From the NCBI GenBank assembly GCA_018238155.1, contig JABCTZ010000036.1:32001-96000 (forward strand): 64,000 nt of DNA, written 5' to 3'. Within the stretch, counting starts at the first letter, position 1, and each line of letters opens with the position of its first letter. A program made the position numbers and the translations under genes. Under the pieces are notes generated by a model. That model was not told where the DNA came from. It saw nothing but the letters and a program-made list of their open reading frames with translations, and made no database searches. The stretch is from Candidatus Heimdallarchaeota archaeon. GTDB taxonomy: Archaea; Asgardarchaeota; Heimdallarchaeia; JABLTI01. This document shows positions 19,441 through 28,610 of this stretch, in pieces.

Positions 19441-21489
19441 GTGAGAAATGTGGAGTTTCCTAAAACAAAACGTGAAGATATTATTGAAACAATTCATGGT
19501 GTAGAAGTTCACGACCCATATCGTTGGCTTGAAGATTTTAACAACATTAATGTACAAAAGTGGTTGGATGAGCAACATAATTTAACAAAGAATGTGTTGA
19601 AAGCAATTCCTAATAGAGATGTTGCATTAAAACGAATGACAGAACTGTTTTCTTTAGGAGCAATTTCAATTCCAATCAAACATAAAGAGAGTACCTTCTT
19701 CTTTAAGAGAACTACAGAGAAACATTCCATTTTGTATTATCAGGGTAAGGAAAAAAAAACTAGTGTACTAATTGATCCAAATGAACTTAGTAAGAAAAAT
19801 CCTATTGCTTTAGATTGGTATTATGTTTCACCTGAAATAAAATATCTTGTCTATGGTCTATCAGAAAATGGCGATGAATGGAGTTTATTACAAATAAAAA
19901 ATATTGACACCGGTGAAATATTAGAGGACAAAATTCCAAGAACGCGCCACTGTAGTTTAGCTTGGTTACCTGATGAGTCTGGTTTTTACTATACTAGATT
20001 CCCTCAAGTAGGCTCTGTACCAGAAGGTCAAGAGCATTACAATTGTAAAGTCTATTTTCACAAGATAGGCACAAATTGGAAAGATGATAAAATAATATTT
20101 GGTGAGGGACGCGCTGCAACAAATCACTATACTGTCCAAATATCAAAAGATGCCGAATATCTCATAATTGCAATTCAAAAGTATACTAAAAATGATTTGT
20201 TTCTTCTAAATTTGGAAACTAAGGAACTTGTAGACATTATTGTAAATCAAGATTGTCTATCAATGGTGAAGGTAATAGATGATGAACTATGGATTTTAAC
20301 TAACAGAAATGCTCCAAGAAAAGCACTATATAAAACAACTTTCGAAAGACCTACATTTGAGGATTGGGAATTAATTATACCTGAAAGTGACAATATTATC
20401 TCTCAATTTCTTATCTCTAAAGAGAAAATCTATCTTTTAGTAATGAAAAATGCCTATGATCATATTGTGCTCCATAATCATCAAGGACGATATTTGAAAA
20501 CATTAGATTTACCAAAATATGCTTCTATTACTGGATTGGCTAGAAACCAAGAGAAGACAAAGAATGTTTCTGAATTTTTTGTTATGGTTACTTCTTTCTT
20601 ACAACCCAGATCGATTTATTCCTATAATCTTTCACAAGAAGAAATAACTCTATATGATGAGATAAAACCACCTGTAAATCCTGAAGATTATATCGTCAAC
20701 CAAGTTTGGTATAAATCAAAAGATGGTACTAAAGTTTCAATGTTTATTGTTCATAAGAAAGGTTTGAAATTTGATGGAAATAATCCAACATTGTTGTGTG
20801 GTTATGGTGGTTTTAACATTGCTTTGAAACCTCCCTATATTAAAGAATCAAGATTCTATTGGTTGGAGCGAGGTGGTGTAATTGCTATTGCAAATCTTCG
20901 AGGTGGTTCTGAATATGGAGAAGAATGGCACAAAGGTGGTATGCTGAAGAATAAGCAAAATGTATTTGATGATTTCATTTATGCCGGTCAATGGTTAATT
21001 GAAAACAAATATGCCTCTAATAAAACACTAGCTATTTTTGGAAGAAGTAATGGTGGATTATTGACTGGTGCAGCAGTAACTCAAAGACCAGATTTATTTA
21101 GTGCTGTATATATTGGAGTGCCATTACTCGATATGATTCGATATCAACTTTTTAGCATAGCAAGATACTGGATCCCTGAATATGGTTCTTCAGAAGATCC
21201 GGAACAATTCAAATTCATTTACAAATATTCTCCATATCACAACGTCAAAAAAGGAACAAAATATCCGGCAACATATCTAGTAGCTGCTGCATCTGATAGT
21301 AGAGTTGATGTCAATCATGCAATGAAAATGACTGGATATATGCAGTGGGCAAATGCATCAAAAGAACCAATTCTGTTGTTTGTTGAAAGACAAGCAGGAC
21401 ATGGAATAGGAAAACCCATTGACAAAGTTGCAGAAGCGGAAGCAAATAAATTCACTTTTCTTGGGTGGAAAACAGGAATGAAATTATAA
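19441..21489 (+). CDS. Prolyl oligopeptidase (S9A)
   Basis: DPYRWLED, GYGGF, RGGSEYGEEWH, catalytic GRSNGG, DSRV, GHG. Confidence 0.96.
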   Translation: MRNVEFPKTKREDIIETIHGVEVHDPYRWLEDFNNINVQKWLDEQHNLTKNVLKAIPNRDVALKRMTELFSLGAISIPIKHKESTFFFKRTTEKHSILYYQGKEKKTSVLIDPNELSKKNPIALDWYYVSPEIKYLVYGLSENGDEWSLLQIKNIDTGEILEDKIPRTRHCSLAWLPDESGFYYTRFPQVGSVPEGQEHYNCKVYFHKIGTNWKDDKIIFGEGRAATNHYTVQISKDAEYLIIAIQKYTKNDLFLLNLETKELVDIIVNQDCLSMVKVIDDELWILTNRNAPRKALYKTTFERPTFEDWELIIPESDNIISQFLISKEKIYLLVMKNAYDHIVLHNHQGRYLKTLDLPKYASITGLARNQEKTKNVSEFFVMVTSFLQPRSIYSYNLSQEEITLYDEIKPPVNPEDYIVNQVWYKSKDGTKVSMFIVHKKGLKFDGNNPTLLCGYGGFNIALKPPYIKESRFYWLERGGVIAIANLRGGSEYGEEWHKGGMLKNKQNVFDDFIYAGQWLIENKYASNKTLAIFGRSNGGLLTGAAVTQRPDLFSAVYIGVPLLDMIRYQLFSIARYWIPEYGSSEDPEQFKFIYKYSPYHNVKKGTKYPATYLVAAASDSRVDVNHAMKMTGYMQWANASKEPILLFVERQAGHGIGKPIDKVAEAEANKFTFLGWKTGMKL

Positions 21490-21521
21490 TCAAAGGAATG
21501 CTCTAATATAAGGTGATTTTT

Positions 21522-22028
21522 ATGAAGATATATTTAGAACAAGGGGATATCACAAATATTCAAGCTGATGCTATTGTAAATGCAGCAAATAATGAATTGT
21601 GGATGGGTGCAGGGGTTGCAGGAGCCATTAAAAGAAAAGGGGGGATAGAAATAGAAAAAGATGCAATGAGCAAAGGACCGATAGAACATGGTGAAGCTAT
21701 AGAATCAATTGCTGGCAAATTGAATGCTAAATATGTTATACACGCTGCTGGTATGAGAAGTGATGGTTTCATCAGCAAAGAAAGCTTATCTAAATCAGTT
21801 GAAAACAGCTTATTTATTGCAGAAAAATTGCAATTACAATCGATTGCTTTTCCAGCTATTGGTACGGGCGTTGCAGGATTCCCACCAGAAGAATGTGCAA
21901 AAATAATGTTAGATGTATTGAGAAATTTCAAATATACAAAGCTGGAAAAAGTAATTCTTGTGTTGTATAGCAATGAAATGTATTCGCTCTTTCTAAAAGT
22001 TGCAGAAAACAAAGAAATTGAATTGTAA
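21522..22028 (+). CDS. Macro domain (ADP-ribose binding/hydrolase, Af1521-like)
   Basis: GDIT...DAIVNAAN...GAGVAGAI, VIHA, FPAIGTGVAG; AGGTGA before ATG 21522. Confidence 0.93.
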   Translation: MKIYLEQGDITNIQADAIVNAANNELWMGAGVAGAIKRKGGIEIEKDAMSKGPIEHGEAIESIAGKLNAKYVIHAAGMRSDGFISKESLSKSVENSLFIAEKLQLQSIAFPAIGTGVAGFPPEECAKIMLDVLRNFKYTKLEKVILVLYSNEMYSLFLKVAENKEIEL

Positions 22029-22044
22029 CGTTGGGTTACAATTC

Positions 22045-24732
22045 CTAATTATCCTCTGAAGTTTCTTGCTCTTCAGTTTGAGATGATTCTTCTAAAGCAT
22101 TTTGCGCTTTAACTATATTATCTTCCTTTTTGTCTTCTTCCTGAGAAAATTCCATTTCACGTTCAACTAAAATATCCAGTATTTTAAGTGAGAACGCTTG
22201 GCATTGATCAATAATTCGTTCTGCTTCTAGAGTATCAACATATAATTGCTCCTCAGAACCTTTGATTAATGGTAGGATTGTTGAATTCCAGATTCCTTTT
22301 GCTTCTGAATAGAGTGTTTGCGCATCTGTAGCAAACTCTGTTAATCCTTCACGAGATGCTGTACTTAAGACTTGAGAAGTCATTTTTTTGTCTAGTAAAT
22401 CCTCAAGTTCTTTTTCATATCCCAATAAAATGGTGATTGTCTTTTTTATTTCTTCTTTCTTTTGATCAATTACTGAAGGTTCTATTTCTTCTCTAACCTT
22501 TGGTAGGTCAATTGTAAATTCTTGAGCTGGCTCCTCTTGCACTACTTCTGCTGGGATATCTGCTGCGAGCTCCGTTTCAGAAATTATCCTTGTGTCAGCA
22601 TCCTCTTGACTTGACTTCATCTTATCTTCAAATCGTTTCTTTGCTGCCACTTCGACATTATTTCGTTCGGTTTTCTCCCAAGTCATTTCGCGTCCTTTAG
22701 CTTTTTCACTAGCAAACAATTCTGATTCTTCTCGTTCTAATTCCTTCTTTTGTGATGACTTCTTAGGTCTAAATGATCTAGCAACTAGAAATGAAAATGT
22801 TAAGAATAATGCGATTGTTGCTACACAGATAATGACTATGAACATAATTTGAGCATAATCAATAGGTTCTGCAATGCTTGGAGGGAATGAATCCGGATCT
22901 AATGGATCTGTACCGGCATTTACTTCCACACCATCATTATAACCATCTCCGTCTGTATCCGGATTTGTGGGATCTGTCCAGATACGTGATTCAAAATCGG
23001 TTGTAAGACCATCTCCATCTAGATCTAAATCAATATTATCAGCAACAAGTGGGTTCAATCCCCACTTAACTTCATATCCATCAGATAAAGTGTCTCCATC
23101 TGAATCGATTTTGAGTGGATTCGTATGATACTCATTGACTTCTTCTCCATCTAATAGAAAGTCACCATCTGTATCTGCTAGATGAGGATCTGTTCCTTCG
23201 AGGTATTCCTCAAGATTTGTCAAATCATCTTCATCTGTATCAATAGCTGCATCTGAACTATTTGTTGGGTTAAAGTTTTCTAGGATCTCGTAATCATCTG
23301 GCATCCCATCTGCGTCGCTATCACTACTGAGTGGATTTGTTCCGTAAACTAAAATCTCATTTCCATCGGAAATTGTGTCTCCATCCGTATCAGCTAAAGC
23401 AGGATTTGTTCCATATATTGCTTCATCTAAATCAGATAGTCCATCTCCATCTGTATCGATGGAACCATAGACGATATAAGCTTCTGTTGTTAGCTGATAT
23501 CGTTCAACAAAGGCAATATAATAATTACCAATTTTATCTACAGCGATTGATGGATCATGAGCAATACTTGAAGGTGAGCTTATTCTTTTTTCAAAATCCC
23601 AATTACTGGCCATATTTTTCTGCTTAAGATGGATTTGTGAGTTTCCCGTAATTTTTGTTTCAAAAACAACAATAATATTGCCATTTTGATCTGCTGCTAT
23701 TCCAAAATCACTTTCATCAACTAAAAAGGAATGAATGGTTGTTGGTGAAGACCAAGCACCTGCAGCACCTTTTGCCGGCGCAGTAATGTAATAGAGGTTG
23801 TTAGTTGTGCCATTATCTCTAAAAACAACTTCGATATTTTTACTATAATTGTTATAGGTAATAATAGGATCAATTGGCGCATAAGCTACATTAGTAATCT
23901 TCTCTTCTGATGTCCAAGCAGATCCTTCATCCAAGTAGGAATAATATAATTCCTGATCACTTGTTCTCTTATCTGACCAGATTAAATGAAGCGTATCGTT
24001 GCTATCAACAGTCAAAGCAAGCTGTGTTTCAGCAGCAATTTCTGCTCCATTAGTAATTCGAATAATTGGCGTATCCCAAAGACCAGTCGTAGCATTATAT
24101 TTTGTATAATAAAGGTCTCCAAGAGCATTATCTGTTGTATCTCTCCAAACTAGATGAACCAAACCAACACTATCAGATACGGTTATTGGATTTTCAGCAT
24201 CACCACTATTTGAAGTTAAATTATTTTTTCCACTGACGTTAATTCCATCTTCAACAATTACTTCTTGCAACTCGAAATCATCTTGTGGGTTTTCATCTTC
24301 TTCAAACACAAAATGAATGGATCCGTTAATATCAGGTGTAGGATTATAACCAGTTGGTAATGCATCTAATACCGTTTCAATTACCAATGGGGTTGGTAGC
24401 CATGCACTACTACTATTGCCAATAGAGAAGTAGATAGTACTTACCGGGCTTGTCTCAGGATTGATGATATCAACCCAAGAAACTCCTACCATTTCAGTTA
24501 AAGGATCATAGATTACTCGAGAATGAGATGAATTAGTTCCCGTATTAGAAATTCTTTCACCATCAGTAACAATGACTGCATTTGGATTAAATATTACAAC
24601 TATTGGCTCTTCAAGAATTGAAGGACTAACTCCTATTGCATTAGGAATTGCATTATATCCTTGAATGGCAATTGGTAGTACTAGACATAAAAATATAACA
24701 AAAGTAAAGGCAAAATTGGTTGACTTTTTCAT
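22045..24732 (-). CDS. Single-pass surface protein: signal peptide, beta-propeller-like repeats, Ca-binding thrombospondin type-3-like repeats, TM helix, long cytoplasmic helical tail
   Basis: Repeated D-x-x-G-x-x-H-L-V-W blades; about 8 DxDxDG motifs; TM IMFIVIICVATIALFLTFSFLV; charged tail of about 240 aa. Confidence 0.8.
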   Translation of the reverse strand: MKKSTNFAFTFVIFLCLVLPIAIQGYNAIPNAIGVSPSILEEPIVVIFNPNAVIVTDGERISNTGTNSSHSRVIYDPLTEMVGVSWVDIINPETSPVSTIYFSIGNSSSAWLPTPLVIETVLDALPTGYNPTPDINGSIHFVFEEDENPQDDFELQEVIVEDGINVSGKNNLTSNSGDAENPITVSDSVGLVHLVWRDTTDNALGDLYYTKYNATTGLWDTPIIRITNGAEIAAETQLALTVDSNDTLHLIWSDKRTSDQELYYSYLDEGSAWTSEEKITNVAYAPIDPIITYNNYSKNIEVVFRDNGTTNNLYYITAPAKGAAGAWSSPTTIHSFLVDESDFGIAADQNGNIIVVFETKITGNSQIHLKQKNMASNWDFEKRISSPSSIAHDPSIAVDKIGNYYIAFVERYQLTTEAYIVYGSIDTDGDGLSDLDEAIYGTNPALADTDGDTISDGNEILVYGTNPLSSDSDADGMPDDYEILENFNPTNSSDAAIDTDEDDLTNLEEYLEGTDPHLADTDGDFLLDGEEVNEYHTNPLKIDSDGDTLSDGYEVKWGLNPLVADNIDLDLDGDGLTTDFESRIWTDPTNPDTDGDGYNDGVEVNAGTDPLDPDSFPPSIAEPIDYAQIMFIVIICVATIALFLTFSFLVARSFRPKKSSQKKELEREESELFASEKAKGREMTWEKTERNNVEVAAKKRFEDKMKSSQEDADTRIISETELAADIPAEVVQEEPAQEFTIDLPKVREEIEPSVIDQKKEEIKKTITILLGYEKELEDLLDKKMTSQVLSTASREGLTEFATDAQTLYSEAKGIWNSTILPLIKGSEEQLYVDTLEAERIIDQCQAFSLKILDILVEREMEFSQEEDKKEDNIVKAQNALEESSQTEEQETSEDN

Positions 24733-25003
24733 TCGAACTAAAGTAATTTCAGATGACACAGTTTCAGACTTCCTACTCAATCTAGTATTTAGACTATGAG
24801 AAAAAAAAGCTTTTTATAGTGAACATTGGAGGTAAAATGATACAGTAGCAATTTAAAAGATAGCTAACAAGGGGAAAACTTTTTCTTTCTTGTGAAATTG
24901 AAACAACAGAGTATAGGAAAACTTATTAAAACAAATCCAAGGGTTGGAGAAATAGTTAATAAACACTTTGTTGTGGAAATTTTAATAAAATAAGGTGCAA
25001 ATA

Positions 25004-25510
25004 ATGGCTAATCAAGAAATCAAGGTACTCGTTGAAGGTGGAAAAGCATCTCCCGCACCACCACTAGGTCCTGCATTAGGACCAACTGGAGTAAATATCG
25101 GTCAAGTTATCAGTCAAATTAACCAACAAACCTCAATGTATAGAGGGATGAAGGTTCCTGTTACAATTACTATCAAACCTGATAGATCATTTGAGCTTAA
25201 TGTAGGTATCCCAACAACAAGTGGTTTAGTACTAAAAGAAGCAAAATTATCAAAAGGTGGGCATGGTTCAACAGAGGAAGTTCCTGAAGAACCTTTTATT
25301 GGAAATATCTCCATGCAACAAGTAATGAACATTGCTGAAATCAAAAAAGAAGGAAGTTTTGCTATAACGTATAAAACCCTTTGTAAAGAGATTTTGGGTA
25401 CTGTTTTAAGTTCAAAAGTTTCGTGTGAAGGAAAAGATCCTCGCGAAGTTCAAAAAGACATTGACAAAGGTGTCTACGATAAACTCTTTGTTGGCAAAGA
25501 TAAATTGTGA
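25004..25510 (+). CDS. rpl11: 50S ribosomal protein uL11
   Basis: VEGGKASPAPPLGPALGPTGVNIGQV, GMKVPV; AGGTG before ATG 25004. Confidence 0.96.
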   Translation: MANQEIKVLVEGGKASPAPPLGPALGPTGVNIGQVISQINQQTSMYRGMKVPVTITIKPDRSFELNVGIPTTSGLVLKEAKLSKGGHGSTEEVPEEPFIGNISMQQVMNIAEIKKEGSFAITYKTLCKEILGTVLSSKVSCEGKDPREVQKDIDKGVYDKLFVGKDKL

Positions 25511-25530
25511 CATCACCACTCTTTTTTTCT

Positions 25531-25660
25531 ATGGATAAATAGGATATCTAGTTTATCCATCATTAGTTACCATAACAAATAAGTTGTTGGTACAGGTTCA
25601 TTTCTGAACCCCCACAAGGAACAGTCGTGTAAAGGATTCCTAAGTCTGTATAGAGCACAT
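25531..25660 (-). mobile_element. Putative IS200/IS605/IS607-type right end / omega-RNA scaffold, copy 1
   Basis: Overlaps the 3' end of the tnpB remnant; GGUUCA-GAAA-UGAACC hairpin (25595-25610) and 9-bp atggataaa/tttatccat stem (25531-25560); homologous to 33918-34065. Confidence 0.55.
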
Positions 25661-25860
25661 GGTTGAAGTCTTTCAGATTTCTAATTTTGTGATAATCAAT
25701 GAAGGATGCTTGGCAGGTGTTCACAGTAGCAATGTAATCGTGATTTGCGGTGAATCTACATTCTGAGTAATGGAACCATCGATTTCGCTTATCAGCGGTC
25801 AAGTTGTTTGATTCCTTAACTTTCATTCCTTCATCATCTGTTTTAGCTTTTTTGTGTTTC
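25563..25860 (-). pseudogene. tnpB: Degenerate C-terminal remnant of a TnpB-like RNA-guided nuclease
   Basis: ...EGMKVKESNNLTADKRNRWFHYSECRFTANHDYIATVNT resembles the TnpB Zn-ribbon/RuvC-III pattern F-x-C-xx-C-G-x-x-x-D-R-D-x-x-A-x-x-N-I with C>Y, G>R, DR>NH decay; N-terminal part absent (upstream TGA). Confidence 0.62.
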
Positions 25861-26295
25861 TTTCATTACCTCTGTGTTATCCAATAATACCTACCTCTAT
25901 TACAATTAGCAACTGTAAAACCTTGCCCAATTTGCATCAAACTAACAGTACAACCATTAGGATTTGTGCTTGAACACCAATATTTTTATTGTTTCTTCTC
26001 TTCAAATTCTTGTCCCTTCATTTCTCAATTCACATGCTCCAGTATCCCTTATTCTAATTGCTCATAAAAACATCAATAGTAGTAACCCAAACTTTTATTT
26101 TTCAAAAGCTTTTGATTCTATAATTGAGCAAAGTTTGTTTTTGCTCAAATGCGCTGAATAAAAAACGAACAACCCAAATACGAATCCGAGTAGTTGATTG
26201 GATAAGAATTCCTCTCAAAAAAACTCTTAATTTGGGTAATTTAAAATAAAATGGTTCTAATTAATTTGGAACCTTCAGAGAAAGAGGTGTAAAAA

Positions 26296-28431
26296 ATTTC
26301 AAAACATTCAGGCTTGAAATTCTTATTCAAACCAAAAAGTATTGCCGTTATCGGAGCCTCAGCAAAACCAGGGAAAATAGGTTACGAAATAATGGATAAT
26401 ATTCTATCCTATGGCTTCAAAGGTGAATTGTATCCTATTAATCTAAAAGAAATAGAGATTCTAGGTAAAAAATGCTATAAATCAGTAGCAGACGTACCTG
26501 GTGAAATCGATTTAGCTGTTATTTCAATTCCAGCAAAATACGTCCCTGCTGTTTTCGAAGGCTGTGGTAAAAAAGGTGTGAAATCTGCAGCAATTGTTAC
26601 AAGTGGTTTTGGCGAGGTCGGTGACCATGAAACTGAAAATCGTCTTGTTGAGATTGCTGAAAAATATAATATGCCATTTATTGGGCCAAACATTTTTGGA
26701 ATAGTATATGCTCCAAACAATATTAATGCCTCATTTGGTCCTGCTGATGTAAAACCAGGCAAGTTAGCCTTCATTACACAAAGTGGAGCACTAGGTATTG
26801 CACTTATGGGTTGGACAATTACCAATAAAATTGGTCTCTCATCAATCGTTAGTATTGGAAACAAAGCTCAAATTGGTGAAAGTGAGCTTCTAGAAAACTT
26901 TTTGAAAGATGATCCAAACACAAAAGCAATTTTGCTTTATGTTGAAGGTTTAATTGATGGTAGACAATCAATGAAAACATTCAAAGAAGTTGGTTTGAAG
27001 AAACCAATTATAGCATTAAAATCCGGGCGCTCAAAAAGAGGTGCAGCTGCTGCTGCAAGCCATACAGGAAGTCTAGCTGGTGCAGACAATATCTATTCTG
27101 CTGCATTCAAACAGTCAGGTGTTCTCAGAGCCATAGATGCTTCTGAAGCTTTTGACTGGGCAAGATGTATTACAAATAACCCTCGTCCTAAAGGAAAGAA
27201 TGCCGTTATCATAACAAATGGTGGTGGAGTAGGAGTAATGGCTACTGATGCTTGTGAGGACAATGATTTAGATCTTTACAATGATCAAGAGAAACTCAAA
27301 GAACTATTCTTTAAACCTGAGATAATGCCTCCTTTTGGTTCAACCAAAAATCCAGTAGATATTACTGGTGGCGGCGGAGAATTAGCATATAAAAAAGCAA
27401 TTGAAGCTGCTTATAATGCCAAAGAAATTCATTCCATTGTTGTACTTTATTGTCAAACAGCAACAACTAATCCAGATCTGTTAGCTGATTATATCATAGA
27501 AGTGGTAAAGAAAAACGGTGGTAAGAAACCATTTGTTATCGCAAATATTGGTGGAGAAGCAGTAGAAACTATGATTGACAAACTAAATGAAAATGACATC
27601 TCTGCATACGATCTCCCAGAAAAAGCTATTTCCTCCTTGAGCGCACTTTATAGATGGTCTGAGTTTATAGATAGAAACGAAAAACAAGGGAAAACAAAAC
27701 CACTGAAATTGCCAATTCCACAAATTAAAGCAATCATTGACAATATCAGAAAGGAAGGCAGAATTCAAATGCTCGAACATGAATCCAAACAAATTTTCAA
27801 ATTAATTGGTTTAAATGTTCCACCTTTCGCTCTGGCCCAAACTGTTGATGAAGCACAAAAATTTGCTCAAGAGGTTGGTTATCCCGTTGTTATGAAAATT
27901 GTTTCTGAAGATATTATTCACAAAAGTGATGCTGGTGGAGTAGTTGTTGGACCAAAAAATGCTAGAGAAGTCGATGAAGCATTTAATAAAATTTTAACAA
28001 ATGCCAAAAACTACAAAGCAGATGCAAATATTCGTGGTGTATTCATTTCTCATATGGTTCCAAAAGCAACAGAAGTCATTGTAGGTGTAACTCGAGATCC
28101 AACCTTCGGACCAGTAGTTATGTTTGGTCTAGGTGGAATCTTCGTAGAAATAATGAAAGATGTTGTTTTTAGAGTAGCTCCCTTCCCAAAGGAAGAAGCA
28201 AGACATATGATAAATGAAATAAAAAGCAAACCAATGCTCTACGGAGCTAGGGGAACAAAACCCGCAGATATAGATGCTTTAGTAGATACCATCTACATTA
28301 TTAGTCAGCTTGTATCTCAAGTGGATGACATTAAAGAATTAGATATCAACCCACTCTTTGCATTAGAAAAAGGTGCAAGTGCAGTCGATGCTCGGATTAC
28401 ATTAACAGAAAAAAGCTATCCAAGTAACTAA
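26296..28431 (+). CDS. Acetate/acyl-CoA ligase (ADP-forming), fused alpha-beta
   Basis: PKSIAVIGAS, GPN, QSGA, phospho-His SHTGSLAG, NPVD, HKSDAGGV, DINPL; start either ATT 26296 or TTG 26314. Confidence 0.94.
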   Translation: MSKHSGLKFLFKPKSIAVIGASAKPGKIGYEIMDNILSYGFKGELYPINLKEIEILGKKCYKSVADVPGEIDLAVISIPAKYVPAVFEGCGKKGVKSAAIVTSGFGEVGDHETENRLVEIAEKYNMPFIGPNIFGIVYAPNNINASFGPADVKPGKLAFITQSGALGIALMGWTITNKIGLSSIVSIGNKAQIGESELLENFLKDDPNTKAILLYVEGLIDGRQSMKTFKEVGLKKPIIALKSGRSKRGAAAAASHTGSLAGADNIYSAAFKQSGVLRAIDASEAFDWARCITNNPRPKGKNAVIITNGGGVGVMATDACEDNDLDLYNDQEKLKELFFKPEIMPPFGSTKNPVDITGGGGELAYKKAIEAAYNAKEIHSIVVLYCQTATTNPDLLADYIIEVVKKNGGKKPFVIANIGGEAVETMIDKLNENDISAYDLPEKAISSLSALYRWSEFIDRNEKQGKTKPLKLPIPQIKAIIDNIRKEGRIQMLEHESKQIFKLIGLNVPPFALAQTVDEAQKFAQEVGYPVVMKIVSEDIIHKSDAGGVVVGPKNAREVDEAFNKILTNAKNYKADANIRGVFISHMVPKATEVIVGVTRDPTFGPVVMFGLGGIFVEIMKDVVFRVAPFPKEEARHMINEIKSKPMLYGARGTKPADIDALVDTIYIISQLVSQVDDIKELDINPLFALEKGASAVDARITLTEKSYPSN

Positions 28432-28448
28432 TTTTTTAAAAAAAAACT

Positions 28449-28477
28449 GAGTGAATCGTTTTCACTCTTTCTTTTCT
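28449..28477 (+). terminator. Hairpin plus T-tract after the acyl-CoA ligase gene
   Basis: gagtgaa/ttcactc stem followed directly by tttcttttc. Confidence 0.55.
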
Positions 28478-28610
28478 ATTTTTTAATCACAGAAAACTTA
28501 ATTTTGAATGAATGACTTTGAGAATTGATAGTTACAATTCTACAAGATGTTCGGTAATTTTAATAATCGGCTTGGCTTGAGCAATAAGCAATAAATGAAT
28601 ACTAGCAAAG

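Noticed and set aside
19441-22028. Prolyl oligopeptidase + macrodomain as a defence or RiPP module
   Set aside because: Both are ordinary housekeeping-type proteins; no precursor peptide, ADP-ribosyltransferase or toxin nearby
25904-25925. aattagcaactgtaaaaccttg resembles aattagctgtaaaacttgg at 33902-33920 (possible guide/target pair)
   Set aside because: Only a 9-nt exact core plus gaps in AT-rich DNA; compatible with chance until the RNA 3' end is mapped
25964-26161. 65-aa plus-strand ORF upstream of the acyl-CoA ligase
   Set aside because: No SD, low-complexity composition, lies in the decayed element region
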